A stretch of DNA of 64,000 nucleotides from a virus. Its lineage: Duplodnaviria; Heunggongvirae; Uroviricota; Caudoviricetes. The stretch's first letter is position 1, and the number at the start of each line of letters is the position of its first letter. The DNA is taken from IMG/VR virus record IMGVR_UViG_3300042554_002438. One strand, written 5' to 3'. Made by a program: the position numbers and the translations under genes. The notes under the pieces were generated by a model. That model saw only the letters and a list, made by a program, of their open reading frames with translations, searched no databases and had not been told where the DNA came from. Below are positions 33,859 to 44,400 of this stretch, in pieces.

Positions 33859-35718
33859 TTATAATCTTATTTTGACATTAAATGACACAACATCATACCA
33901 ATACTTTTTAATTGGTTGTGTTGGTTTACATACAGCTAATAAATTACCCTCTGCGTCATGAATGCCTAATTGTGTTATTATTATCGGATATAGGTTTTGG
34001 TCTTCAGTTTTTAAATTTGCGAAATCAGCAGTCGCAACTGTATTCATTAGCTCTTTTGCTGTATCATTTGTTGATTTAAAAAACTCATCTGACGATGCCA
34101 AACAAACAATATTTAATGATTTTTCTGTGTTGTAACTTATATATTGTGCTCCCGCATCTAAAGTATAAAGTGTTCCTCCAGTTGGATCGAACACAAATTG
34201 TGTACTATCCCAAACAACGTTAGAATTTTCATCGAGTGTGGTGATCATTTCAGCTGGATCTGTTTTTACAAAACCTCTGGTAGTTCCAGTTGCTGGTGTT
34301 CCATTCACATCATAATTTTTATTAGCGGTAAATAATGAGGCGGTACTAGATTTTGTAACAGTTCCACTAAATACGTTTCTAAAATATGAATCGACTACCT
34401 TTGGGTGGGTGACAACAATAAACCCTTTATCTAGTGCAACAAATCCAATACACTCATCATTATTGTAATCATACACAGCCTTTTCTTGTGAATTTGGGTT
34501 AAACACTCTTGTCCCGTCTATTAAATCTGTGTAACCAGCCGACCAAGAACCGAAGTTAGCTCCAGATGGTACTTTAATTCTATCTGAAAATAAAGGTACA
34601 ACGTTACTTTCGTATGTGGTTGTTATTAAATCTGGTCTAATCCCAATATCTTTAACAGAAAAATCAATCTCACTTAAAACTCTATCTAAGTTTCTTGTTG
34701 TTAGATTTTTCTTATTATATGTCCCATATGCTTCCAGTTGTACTGGCGTGACACCATAGGTATAAAAACCTAATCTAGCGTCAACAACATTAGAGGTGGT
34801 TCCAGTATAATAAGGTAGTTCGAATTTAACAGATTTACCATCTATTAACTCACCATATGCACCGTTAGGAATTTCAAATATCAAATATAATTCATTTTGT
34901 ATCGGTAAGGCAGCTTTATTTGTTGGTGTATAGTCATACGAACCTACTGGTTGTAATGCCGTTCCGTAGTACTCACCAGTATACCCAGTTGTTGGGTGGA
35001 CAACTAAATTTACGGAGGTTGCACCAGTTGTTGTGTGAGGAGTCCAAATATATTTTGTATTATCAATTATTGTATCATATGTCGTTCCACTTGTTATCGA
35101 TAAAGTACCATATTGGCTCCTAGTATATTTTTTCATTTCCTCATCGGAAACTGGTAAATTTAATGATTTTAATAAGTTCGCAAAAATAGTATTAGTATCA
35201 TTTCTTTTTACAAACATACCTCGAATAAAATTTGTTGGGTATGTAGACCCAGTTACTTTATGTGTAACACTAACTATACCATCATCTAAATCAAATGGAA
35301 TTGACTCATTAACAACAACAGCGCTTTCAATTGGTTTTAATACAGAGTAAACCGATGGGTTAACATCATACTCAATATAACCTCTACAATCACCCCCGAA
35401 TTGGGATGTTGAAAATGACAAATCCTGATATTGTAATATCATAAAATTAGCAAAACCATCCGCCTCTTGTACAGATTCTTGTGACGTATTTTGTTCAAAA
35501 CTCTGAAAAAAAGCTGGAACAGTGTTTGTTGATATTGCATTTAATTTGGTTTTTAAACCACTAGTTGATGGTACATCTGTATGTACAATTAAAACTTGTT
35601 GGTTAATTGTTGGTGTGTAGGTTGGTAAAGAATTTAAATAAAAAGTGGCCAAACCGTCAGCACCACCGTTTGTTTTTCTTCTATAAAATGGAATTCTTAC
35701 TTTTAATATTGCGCTCAT
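33859..35718 (-). CDS. virion structural (baseplate/tail-fibre attachment) protein
   Basis: Thr/Gly-rich; C-terminal ITQLGIHDAEGNLLAVCKPTQPIKK resembles the P2 gpH tail-collar C-half. Confidence 0.7.
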   Translation of the reverse strand: MSAILKVRIPFYRRKTNGGADGLATFYLNSLPTYTPTINQQVLIVHTDVPSTSGLKTKLNAISTNTVPAFFQSFEQNTSQESVQEADGFANFMILQYQDLSFSTSQFGGDCRGYIEYDVNPSVYSVLKPIESAVVVNESIPFDLDDGIVSVTHKVTGSTYPTNFIRGMFVKRNDTNTIFANLLKSLNLPVSDEEMKKYTRSQYGTLSITSGTTYDTIIDNTKYIWTPHTTTGATSVNLVVHPTTGYTGEYYGTALQPVGSYDYTPTNKAALPIQNELYLIFEIPNGAYGELIDGKSVKFELPYYTGTTSNVVDARLGFYTYGVTPVQLEAYGTYNKKNLTTRNLDRVLSEIDFSVKDIGIRPDLITTTYESNVVPLFSDRIKVPSGANFGSWSAGYTDLIDGTRVFNPNSQEKAVYDYNNDECIGFVALDKGFIVVTHPKVVDSYFRNVFSGTVTKSSTASLFTANKNYDVNGTPATGTTRGFVKTDPAEMITTLDENSNVVWDSTQFVFDPTGGTLYTLDAGAQYISYNTEKSLNIVCLASSDEFFKSTNDTAKELMNTVATADFANLKTEDQNLYPIIITQLGIHDAEGNLLAVCKPTQPIKKYWYDVVSFNVKIRL

Positions 35719-35723
35719 TTTAA

Positions 35724-35966
35724 TTATTGTCTAATAATTTGATTTTTTATTGTAACATTTTTGGATAAAGAGTAAACATTATCATTATAATCTCCTGTCA
35801 AATCACTAACCATTTGTGTAACAAATAGATTAGCGTTATAATTAACATCCTCATCCGATATTGAAAATGAACTTGGGATGAACCCTTGCTCAAGAAGTCT
35901 TCTTCGACCTAAATCCGTTAAGTAAACTTTCATTTCAACGGTGGTTCCTGTATCTATTAAACCCAT
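35724..35966 (-). CDS. small tail-associated protein
   Basis: VYLTDLGRRRLLEQGF..SSFSISDEDVNY; CTATTTAT upstream (36005-36012). Confidence 0.7.
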   Translation of the reverse strand: MGLIDTGTTVEMKVYLTDLGRRRLLEQGFIPSSFSISDEDVNYNANLFVTQMVSDLTGDYNDNVYSLSKNVTIKNQIIRQ

Positions 35967-36016
35967 TTTATCGTTTTTTTAATTTTAGTTATTGTTTTTT
36001 ATTAATAAATAGTTTC

Positions 36017-36574
36017 TTATGAAATTTTTATTGGTTTTTGGAAAACAGATTTAGTACCCACTTTATTTATAAAACTTGTAGTTGGTACTTTATTATTAAA
36101 TGTACCCTGATACAATTCAGTATTTGGTACCAATGAACCAGACACCGTTAATTGTGTATTTGAATAATTATTATGTACTTTTTTATGATATAACTTTAAC
36201 GTTCTAGTGCTTTCAATATTTAAAATATGATATACATTTGGATTCATATTTAAATCATCGGCGGTGGCGTCCATAAAATAAATTAAATCGTAAGCAAATT
36301 TGTATTTTTTTGCTAATTCATGAAATAATTTAAAGAATTCTGTTAAATCATCTAAATCAACAATTTTTTCAGCCATCACAAAAAAATCAATGTCGTTGTA
36401 AGTTGAGGCTGATTTTGTGATATATGCTAAATACCCACCAGACAAATAAACTTCAAAATTATAATTGCTGTTTAATTGTTTAAATTCAATAATAAATTGA
36501 TCGTATTCGTTTTTTCTTAGGGGATCATTTATCACCACATCGGAACGATCTTTAAAATAATAAGTATATCTCAT
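36017..36574 (-). CDS. nucleotidyltransferase-like protein (Pol beta superfamily); likely start MRYTY at 36574
   Basis: VYLSGGYL...YNDIDFFV (GG...DxD). Confidence 0.6.
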   Translation of the reverse strand: MRYTYYFKDRSDVVINDPLRKNEYDQFIIEFKQLNSNYNFEVYLSGGYLAYITKSASTYNDIDFFVMAEKIVDLDDLTEFFKLFHELAKKYKFAYDLIYFMDATADDLNMNPNVYHILNIESTRTLKLYHKKVHNNYSNTQLTVSGSLVPNTELYQGTFNNKVPTTSFINKVGTKSVFQKPIKIS

Positions 36575-36578
36575 AAAA

Positions 36579-37244
36579 TTAATAACCAAAACCACTGGTA
36601 CCAGATGTTGAGGGGGCCAACGATTGAGGAACATAGCCAGTGTTAATTGTGTTTATTGTAAGAACCAACGTATCGTTAATCGCTTGCGTATATTCTCTAT
36701 TAGCAAAACATTTTATATTAAAAGATATGTCAATAGTTCCTTTTGTTTTATTTGGGTTTAAATTTGATTTACCAAAGTAATGAATGTCTAATCTATTTAA
36801 ATTTAAAACTGTATAACTTGCTGACATTTCTAATGATTGAAATGGATTTAAAATTATATTGGATCCGTTAACATATTCATTTAATCTACCAATAGTTAAT
36901 TTACCAATCGTTTGGCGCCTAAAACTTAAAATATAATCTTCATATGTGTAATTACCAACAACTCTTGTTTCACTTAAAACCGAAGTTAAATTCGCTGAAG
37001 GATAACCATTTTCCCTTCGCATTCTAATTGAATTGAAATATAATCCGTTAAAATAGATCGGTTTATTATTTTTATTTAAAATATAAAATAATCCATCGTT
37101 ATAGGATGTATAGGATTTTCCTAATTCAGTTACGCTAACACCGTGTGTATTAATATAAAAATCAGCTTTTTTGATCATAAAATCAAAAACTGGTTGTTTT
37201 TCGTTTATCCTACTGTATAACTGTGTATATACTAATGAAGCCAT
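36579..37244 (-). CDS. hypothetical tail-module protein
   Basis: 221 aa, tightly packed in the structural operon. Confidence 0.7.
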   Translation of the reverse strand: MASLVYTQLYSRINEKQPVFDFMIKKADFYINTHGVSVTELGKSYTSYNDGLFYILNKNNKPIYFNGLYFNSIRMRRENGYPSANLTSVLSETRVVGNYTYEDYILSFRRQTIGKLTIGRLNEYVNGSNIILNPFQSLEMSASYTVLNLNRLDIHYFGKSNLNPNKTKGTIDISFNIKCFANREYTQAINDTLVLTINTINTGYVPQSLAPSTSGTSGFGY

Positions 37245-37245
37245 A

Positions 37246-38079
37246 TTATGAAACGTTAGAATTACTTGAAGGCGAAAGGGCTTGCTCGTAATATGTGAGC
37301 GTATTTGACATTAATTCAACCGCCTCAGATGTTGCGTATGTACCAGTACCCGCAACCCCAATATTATAATATCTTATTGTAAGTTTATAGGTTTTACTAT
37401 TTACTGCAACCTCATCAAAATTTGGGAATTCCGCACTAACCCTAAAATTATATTTTTCTGGAGCCGTTTGATAACCATTAAATAAGGTATTTACTGTTGT
37501 TGTACCAGTATATGCCATGTCCACACAATCTTCGCTATTTAATCCAGTTGTTAATTCAATACCATAACCACCAGTGCTAATCGTGCTAGTTTTGTCAGCG
37601 CCTGTAACAGCAACCCAGTTACCTCCAGAGTATTTTTCCAAATTAGAAAGTTCCATTGGTATCATATTTCCACCAATAGTCACATATAATTTAACACGTA
37701 ATCTATCTAAAATTTTTTTAGTGTTTGTCGCATTTATACCTGGTAATGTATAACCACTTAATGTTGAGCCGTAAAATCTAAAATAAAATGTAAACCTATT
37801 GTAATACATTTTATTTGCTATTAAACCATCTTTAATTGAAAATTCTGAGTATTTGTAAATTGAATTTGATTTTTGTAAAGAATTTGAACCGATAATACTA
37901 GTGGGTTCCTGGTATCTAACATTTTTTAAATCAAATAAATTTGATTCCGCTTTATTAGCTGGGAAAAAATCATTATCAAACAATAATTGTGACGTGTAAT
38001 TAACGGTTGTTAAAGTAACATTTGGTTTATAAGTCAAATATAAACCGTTAATACCTTTTATGTTGAATTGTTTACTCAT
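37246..38079 (-). CDS. hypothetical tail-module protein
   Basis: 277 aa, Thr/Gly-rich. Confidence 0.7.
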   Translation of the reverse strand: MSKQFNIKGINGLYLTYKPNVTLTTVNYTSQLLFDNDFFPANKAESNLFDLKNVRYQEPTSIIGSNSLQKSNSIYKYSEFSIKDGLIANKMYYNRFTFYFRFYGSTLSGYTLPGINATNTKKILDRLRVKLYVTIGGNMIPMELSNLEKYSGGNWVAVTGADKTSTISTGGYGIELTTGLNSEDCVDMAYTGTTTVNTLFNGYQTAPEKYNFRVSAEFPNFDEVAVNSKTYKLTIRYYNIGVAGTGTYATSEAVELMSNTLTYYEQALSPSSNSNVS

Positions 38080-38656
38080 TATTAATATAGGTTAATATTT
38101 CAAGTGTTTGATTTGATGTTAAATCAGGTTCATACATTAAATATTCTTTTTGGGTTGTTGTTTTAATTCCAAATAAAGCTCTTTTATAAATTAAATTATC
38201 TACTTTTTTACCCCTAAGTGGCACTTGAACAAAAACGTCATTTATATAATCATCATTTTGTGATGAACCGTTTGCCAAAGATGTTTTGTAACCACTTACG
38301 TGGTTTATTGTTGGTATTGGCTGTAATGATATATTTGTTGAATTAAATACCCTTATTTTATCCCAATAAGCGCTATTTGTTGGAACGTATTCGGTTGATG
38401 GCGATGAAGGGTTAATCGAAACTTTTTTATAAAAATTACCAGAATATTTAACAATACTTCCAACACTATAAGTTGTCCCCGTAACCCAAGTTAAAACCTC
38501 ATTTTGTGAAGGATCAAAAATTTGATAATTAGCATCAGAATCCACTAAAGAGAAATATGCTATGGAATCTTTGAACCCTCCGTCAAAAAATTTTTCTTTA
38601 CCTAAATCAGTTAGGTAAACCTCAAAAGTGTTTGTATTGTCGTATATAAATCCCAT
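38072..38656 (-). CDS. tail-associated protein
   Basis: VYLTDLGKEKFFDGGF...YFSLVDSDANY; WVTGTTYSVGSIVKYSGNFY (ChtBD3/CBM5-12-like motif). Confidence 0.7.
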   Translation of the reverse strand: MGFIYDNTNTFEVYLTDLGKEKFFDGGFKDSIAYFSLVDSDANYQIFDPSQNEVLTWVTGTTYSVGSIVKYSGNFYKKVSINPSSPSTEYVPTNSAYWDKIRVFNSTNISLQPIPTINHVSGYKTSLANGSSQNDDYINDVFVQVPLRGKKVDNLIYKRALFGIKTTTQKEYLMYEPDLTSNQTLEILTYINNE

Positions 38657-38657
38657 T

Positions 38658-41372
38658 TTAAAAATCTATTGTCGCTTGTATTATTAATACATCTGAGTTA
38701 TATTTTCTTGTTAGCGGCTGACTAAATTTACCGATTGCGACTAAATCACCGTCCGAATCATAAACAGCCATTTCAGTAAATGCAACTTTATCTTGTTCTG
38801 GGTTAAAAGTTGGATTTGAGGTGTTTATATATTTGTTTGGTAAAATATTACAAGTTATTAGGCTTTTGTAAATCGTTGCTTTTATATCAGTTTCTATATT
38901 TCCAAAAAAGAAAGTTTCATCACCAAATGTATGCCCAGTAATATTACTAACTGATGGTAAAGAAATAAAGTCATTTATATCATATGTTGTACCCTCACTA
39001 ACATCTAATAAACTTTTATCTAAATTAACTCTTAAATTTTGTATGTTAGCTGCCGTTAGTGCATTGCTAATTGGGTTATTACCAGCACCAGCATTATCTA
39101 AATAAAATAATGATAATATTGATCCATCCGATGGGGTAAAAGTTAATTCAACTCGTCTTGTTGCGGTCGTACCAGTTGGTATAACCCCATAGTTATTTGC
39201 ACTAATTAATTGACCATTATAAAATAAATAAACAACATTATTATTTGGTTGTTTATTTAAAGTTAAACATACAGTTGATCCAATTAAATAAATACCGTCA
39301 TTAAAATCATTACCAATTGGCACCCCACCGATGGGTACTGTTATGTCTTGTCTTATAGTTGAGGATGTATTTGTTTCACCTATTAAATAATGAAACTGCA
39401 TTACATCACCAGAAGTTAAAATACCCGATGTAAATTGAATAACAGATGTGTTATTTGGGCCGCTAAGTACATTTAATGGATATTTCCAATAATCACCATC
39501 TGTACCTAAATTGGCGAATGATGAAGCTTGTTTTAAAATTAAACCATTTTGTGAAACTATAACATCACCAATTTCTTGTTCAGCTAACGTATATTGATTT
39601 GTGACAAATGATGTTGGGTATATTGCCGTTTCATTTTTTAATTCAAAATTATCACAAAGTGATGTAATATTACTTAAACACCCAGTACCGCCAATAAAAT
39701 TATTAACATTTAAATAATTCCAATCTGCTGGGTTTGGTTTACCATTTACTGGGGTTTTTTGCCACAAAAGTAAAATAGATCCCGCTCTATAACCATAACC
39801 TTCAGTATCATTAAAATCCATCAAAAACCCAAATTCGCTATAATTAGGGTCGCTTGAGTTTTTTGGAAACTCGAATATTACGTCTTTAACAGTACCGCTA
39901 TTATTGTTTACGGTTGAATAGTTTTCACAATGTAACCCAGTTAATCCATCACTATCAGTAAATAAATAAGTAATATGTAAAGCCTCATTGTTTAATAAAC
40001 AACCTGTTAAATTAGATCCAGGGCAAACACCAGGTTCGGTTAAAGTTAATTTTGGTGTTGGTAATGTCCAATTTCTATTTGCTTTGTATGACATTACAGT
40101 TAATAACTCTTGATCCTCAATTATTATTATTTTTTGATCAATTAAAACTTTACCAACAACAGTTTTAATTGTTTCTTGATCCACCAAATCATAATATCTA
40201 ATGGTATTATTTGTACCCATTGTTTTTAGTACAGAGTCACATAAAAACGTATAGCCAATTGAATCTGCTAAACTAACACCGCCAAATTGTTGTTTATGCC
40301 ACATTATGTGCGGTATTTTTAATTTTAATGTATTTTTATAAAAACCTTCGGCGTAATAATTACTAACCGAGTTGTTTGTATAGTGTATAACACCAACTTT
40401 ATCTATTAAATTATTTTCTAAAAAATAATCATAATTAATTGCGGTGCCCCAATAATTTCTAGATTCGGCGGTATATTTTCCTTTATAGGTTGTACTATCT
40501 AATCCAATAACATCTTCAATTGTTAATATATTCATATTCCAAACTGGAACATCGTCATTTGATAATGTACAGTTTGAGGTAAAGTCAAGTAAACCTCCAC
40601 TCCAATACGCAATTGGAGTTTCGTTGTCATAATAATCTTTTATTGTATTTTTACCTGGATAAATAAATGCGTCAGCCAAATACGAATTAAAGTTTGGTAA
40701 TTCCCTATCTAACTCAAATGTAACACCTGTGGTAAATCCAGTTGTAAAACCAGTTGTACTTCCAGTTGTTAAACCGCTTATATCAAAAATTCCATTTCCA
40801 TTTATACTTTGTATAATGTACATTAAATATGGTACTGGGTAGCTCGTAATTTCTTCTGTTAATTCGTTTGAAACATATGAATTAGTGTAACCACTTGTTT
40901 TAAATTTAATAAATAAAAAATCACCTTTATTTATGCTTTCTCTATAAGAATTAACAACCGTCCTAGATGTGTCGTATAAAACAATTTCTGTCGCCGTTGT
41001 ATGTGTTGAGCCTGTTAAATTACCTATTAACCAAAGAGATGTATCTAATTCTGTAACACCAGAATTTAAATTAAAATTAAAAAACCCCCTTTCTTTTGCG
41101 GCGGTATAAACTTCGTTTTGCACTGAAGTTAAAAGTGATATGGGTTGTTGATAAACCGTACCCTCATATGGTACCTGATATTGTATATCGTGTTGCCTAT
41201 CAACAGGACGTAAAACATTTATTAAAACTGGATTATCCGAACTATAATCCATTTCGCCATCACCAAGTGCAAATGTCGAAAAATTTAAACCTCCAGATGA
41301 TAAGTTTTTTCTACCCGTGTCGGTTAGTTTTAAATTTACTAAAGGGTCGGTTTTTTTTATAATGTAACTCAT
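38658..41372 (-). CDS. virion structural protein with split tail-collar-like motifs
   Basis: N-terminal LKLTDTGRKNLSSGGLNFSTFALGDG; C-terminal FTEMAVYDSDGDLVAIGK; CTATTTAT upstream (41386-41393). Confidence 0.75.
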   Translation of the reverse strand: MSYIIKKTDPLVNLKLTDTGRKNLSSGGLNFSTFALGDGEMDYSSDNPVLINVLRPVDRQHDIQYQVPYEGTVYQQPISLLTSVQNEVYTAAKERGFFNFNLNSGVTELDTSLWLIGNLTGSTHTTATEIVLYDTSRTVVNSYRESINKGDFLFIKFKTSGYTNSYVSNELTEEITSYPVPYLMYIIQSINGNGIFDISGLTTGSTTGFTTGFTTGVTFELDRELPNFNSYLADAFIYPGKNTIKDYYDNETPIAYWSGGLLDFTSNCTLSNDDVPVWNMNILTIEDVIGLDSTTYKGKYTAESRNYWGTAINYDYFLENNLIDKVGVIHYTNNSVSNYYAEGFYKNTLKLKIPHIMWHKQQFGGVSLADSIGYTFLCDSVLKTMGTNNTIRYYDLVDQETIKTVVGKVLIDQKIIIIEDQELLTVMSYKANRNWTLPTPKLTLTEPGVCPGSNLTGCLLNNEALHITYLFTDSDGLTGLHCENYSTVNNNSGTVKDVIFEFPKNSSDPNYSEFGFLMDFNDTEGYGYRAGSILLLWQKTPVNGKPNPADWNYLNVNNFIGGTGCLSNITSLCDNFELKNETAIYPTSFVTNQYTLAEQEIGDVIVSQNGLILKQASSFANLGTDGDYWKYPLNVLSGPNNTSVIQFTSGILTSGDVMQFHYLIGETNTSSTIRQDITVPIGGVPIGNDFNDGIYLIGSTVCLTLNKQPNNNVVYLFYNGQLISANNYGVIPTGTTATRRVELTFTPSDGSILSLFYLDNAGAGNNPISNALTAANIQNLRVNLDKSLLDVSEGTTYDINDFISLPSVSNITGHTFGDETFFFGNIETDIKATIYKSLITCNILPNKYINTSNPTFNPEQDKVAFTEMAVYDSDGDLVAIGKFSQPLTRKYNSDVLIIQATIDF

Positions 41373-41406
41373 TTACTATTTTACAATAAATAGATTTATT
41401 TTAATT

Positions 41407-44400
41407 TTATAGTGTTGCTGTATTAATATTAATCGCTTTTACGTTAAAAATTGCGGTCGCATCTGCAACATCAGTTTTAACATCAGTTACTGAAACAATA
41501 CCATTAAGATTAATAAATATTGTTCTATTAGCGGTCACATTTTTCAACGTGATTACTCTAGTTTCTAAATTAGCTGTTTGAACAAATGTTGTCTGAACTG
41601 TATTTGTATTTATCACTTGATTATTAACAAATAATGGTGTTGCATCAACAAAAGCAGAGCCAAATTTTGTTTGTTTTCTTTGAGTCGTGTATGTTATTTC
41701 AACCTCAAAGTTTGTTTCTGGTATAACATCATACTTAGTATCAAATACAGTGTTTTTAGTTACGCTTGTAGACGTGATTTTTTGTGCTAACGTATTATCA
41801 GTTTGTTTAATAGTTAATGTGGCATTAGCTTGTCCATTTTGTGTAACAACAACTCTTACAGTATAAGGTAATATTTCAATATCTTCTGGTGTAAAATTCG
41901 CAGTTTGAGTTAAACCTTGTTGTCTATCTAATTTATCAATATCAGTATCAAATAAAACACCAAATATTGTTGTAGCTGTTTTCCCACATGGGTTTGAAAT
42001 TTTTAATTTTCCTATAAACTCGCCCGTTAATGGGTAACCAACTTCATCTTTTTGCGGAAAATAATCCATTATAACGTCATTACCAATAACCCTAAAATCA
42101 ACTAAACCTGTTGTGTTAGCAGAAATTCTATTTGGGTCGGTCGCATCATAAAATTTATTTAAACCAGATATTAGTTTATTATTAATTGTGGATCCACTAA
42201 ATGACCTACTGGTAAATCCACTTTTTAACGTAAGATTATCTCTAAAAAAATGAAGTGATTTTTTAACTGAATTAGTTAAACTTTCTATCTTTGATTCAAA
42301 TACAGTAACTCGTGTTCTATCTTTAAAAAATTTAAAATTATTTACCAAACAAAAATCAGACTCAGACCAATTAGTAGTATCTTCAAAAGGTTGAGCTGGA
42401 TAAGTACCCAATGGGGAACCCCCAATAAACTTATATAAAACACCTCTATTAACTGTATATTTGTAACCTATGTATTTTGATGTGTTATCATAAGTTATAC
42501 CAGTTGTTTCATCCGCAATAAACAACGTTGGGTTATTTTTTTCAGTATATCTACCAATTCTTTCAAACAATGGATAAATTGAAGATGAATCCGTTAAAAA
42601 TGGATGATAATAAGTAAGATAATTAAACGAATTTAACGGAAATGATGGTCTTAGTTTTATATTTGTTTTATTTAATCTGGTCTGATTAAAATAATCCTTA
42701 TAATTATCGGTTTCGTAATAAGTATTTGATTCTAAAAGTGCTGGATAATAAACTTCCCAGTCAACCCCAACAACTGGCGGTGTGCCAGCTGCGGCTGTAC
42801 TTATTTTTCTATAAGTTAAATCATTATGTTTTATAATGGCACCTGGTGCGTATAGCGTCCCAGAATTATATGCCGAATACGGTAGATAATATGGAACGTA
42901 TGCGTCTGGCCCGTAATAACGACCAGAAAATGAACTAAAATATGATCTTAATATTTTTTTATTAATATTTACATCGTATTCGTTATAGGACACGTATGAA
43001 TCATCCATAAAACAATAACCATTTATTAGAACATTGTTCCATCTACCACCAAATGTTACACCAGAAACAGTTGTACCAGTTGATATAAATGGTATACCAA
43101 ATTCACTCACAGGTAGTGTTTTAGGTAATCTTGCTGCCGTTGTTGGTATCGCAACATACCCATCTAACGGAAACCAAGATCCACCAACAGATTCGACCCA
43201 GTTGGTTAAACCACCAAGTGATTTGTGATCAAATAAATCGTTAACGCTAGTTATACGCCTCCATTCGGTTGTACCAGTTGACCCACTTGTCGCAAGATAT
43301 GGCGCGGCATTTGTATGGTCTTTTTTTGCCACAAAAAATCTATACACGGTTGGGGCTAATACTGTTTCATCGGTAACTCCAGACAAAACAAAATCACCTT
43401 TAAAATACTTTTTAGTTGAATCCCATTTTAGCGGCTTTTGATATATGAACCTAAAAAATTCGTCACTACCCCCAGGATTTGGATATGAACCTAAAATTAT
43501 ATCCCCAAAATTATATTCACTTACAACCGTTGGGTCATAGCTTATAAAATTTTTATTAATATAATCCGAAACATTTGGGTTACTTGTTGTTAGTAACGGT
43601 GAGTGTTCATAACCCCATGGTGTGAAATTAGTTGGGTTATATTTTTCAATTTCAATAAAACATGATCTCGACCCCCTTGGTCTATAAATTTCGTGTATTT
43701 CACCTTGGACGAGTGTCGAAGCTGACGTATCTTCTAATTTATAGCAATGATCAATGTTAATATCGTTAACACACACATATAACCTATAAACCGAATTTGT
43801 TTGTACAGTTTGACCCGTTGGGCTATCCACCACAATTTTATAGTCATCAATATTAACTTTTACAATATCATTTAATTCATAGTTAACTATTTGGGCATTA
43901 AATTCTGGTACGACATCAAGTATTTTTTTATAAATTTCAGTGTTATACACATCATTCTCTAATTTGTATAAGCTATATGATGACGTACCTAATGAATTAA
44001 AAGAGTACCTTTTTTTGTTTTTAATTTCACTAATTATAGGGTTTCCATAATTAAACAGAGTATAATCATTTAATCCTAAATCATAACCTTTAAAGCTACC
44101 TAGAGTATCTTTGGTTGCCGTACCAAGTTCAACATTGTTGTAAAAACTATACTTTGGTGAGTAAGTAAATTCTCTGTTATGCGTGTTTTGCCTAATTCTT
44201 ACATTTTTACCGATTGTTATCGCATTTGTGACATCATTATTATCAGTTTGTCTAACAGAATTACCCAAATAATAATCACTAAAATTTAATTCGTGTTCGA
44301 TAGTTGCGGTTTTTACACCTATGTTTTTACCGCCAGAAACAGAAACAAGGCCTGTTGTTGAAAAATTATCACTTTTACTTCTAATAGTAAAGGTGAAATT

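Noticed and set aside
40725-40775. Short 12-nt repeats (CCAGTTGT...)
   Set aside because: They simply encode the low-complexity TTGS/TTGF/TTGV linker of a structural protein
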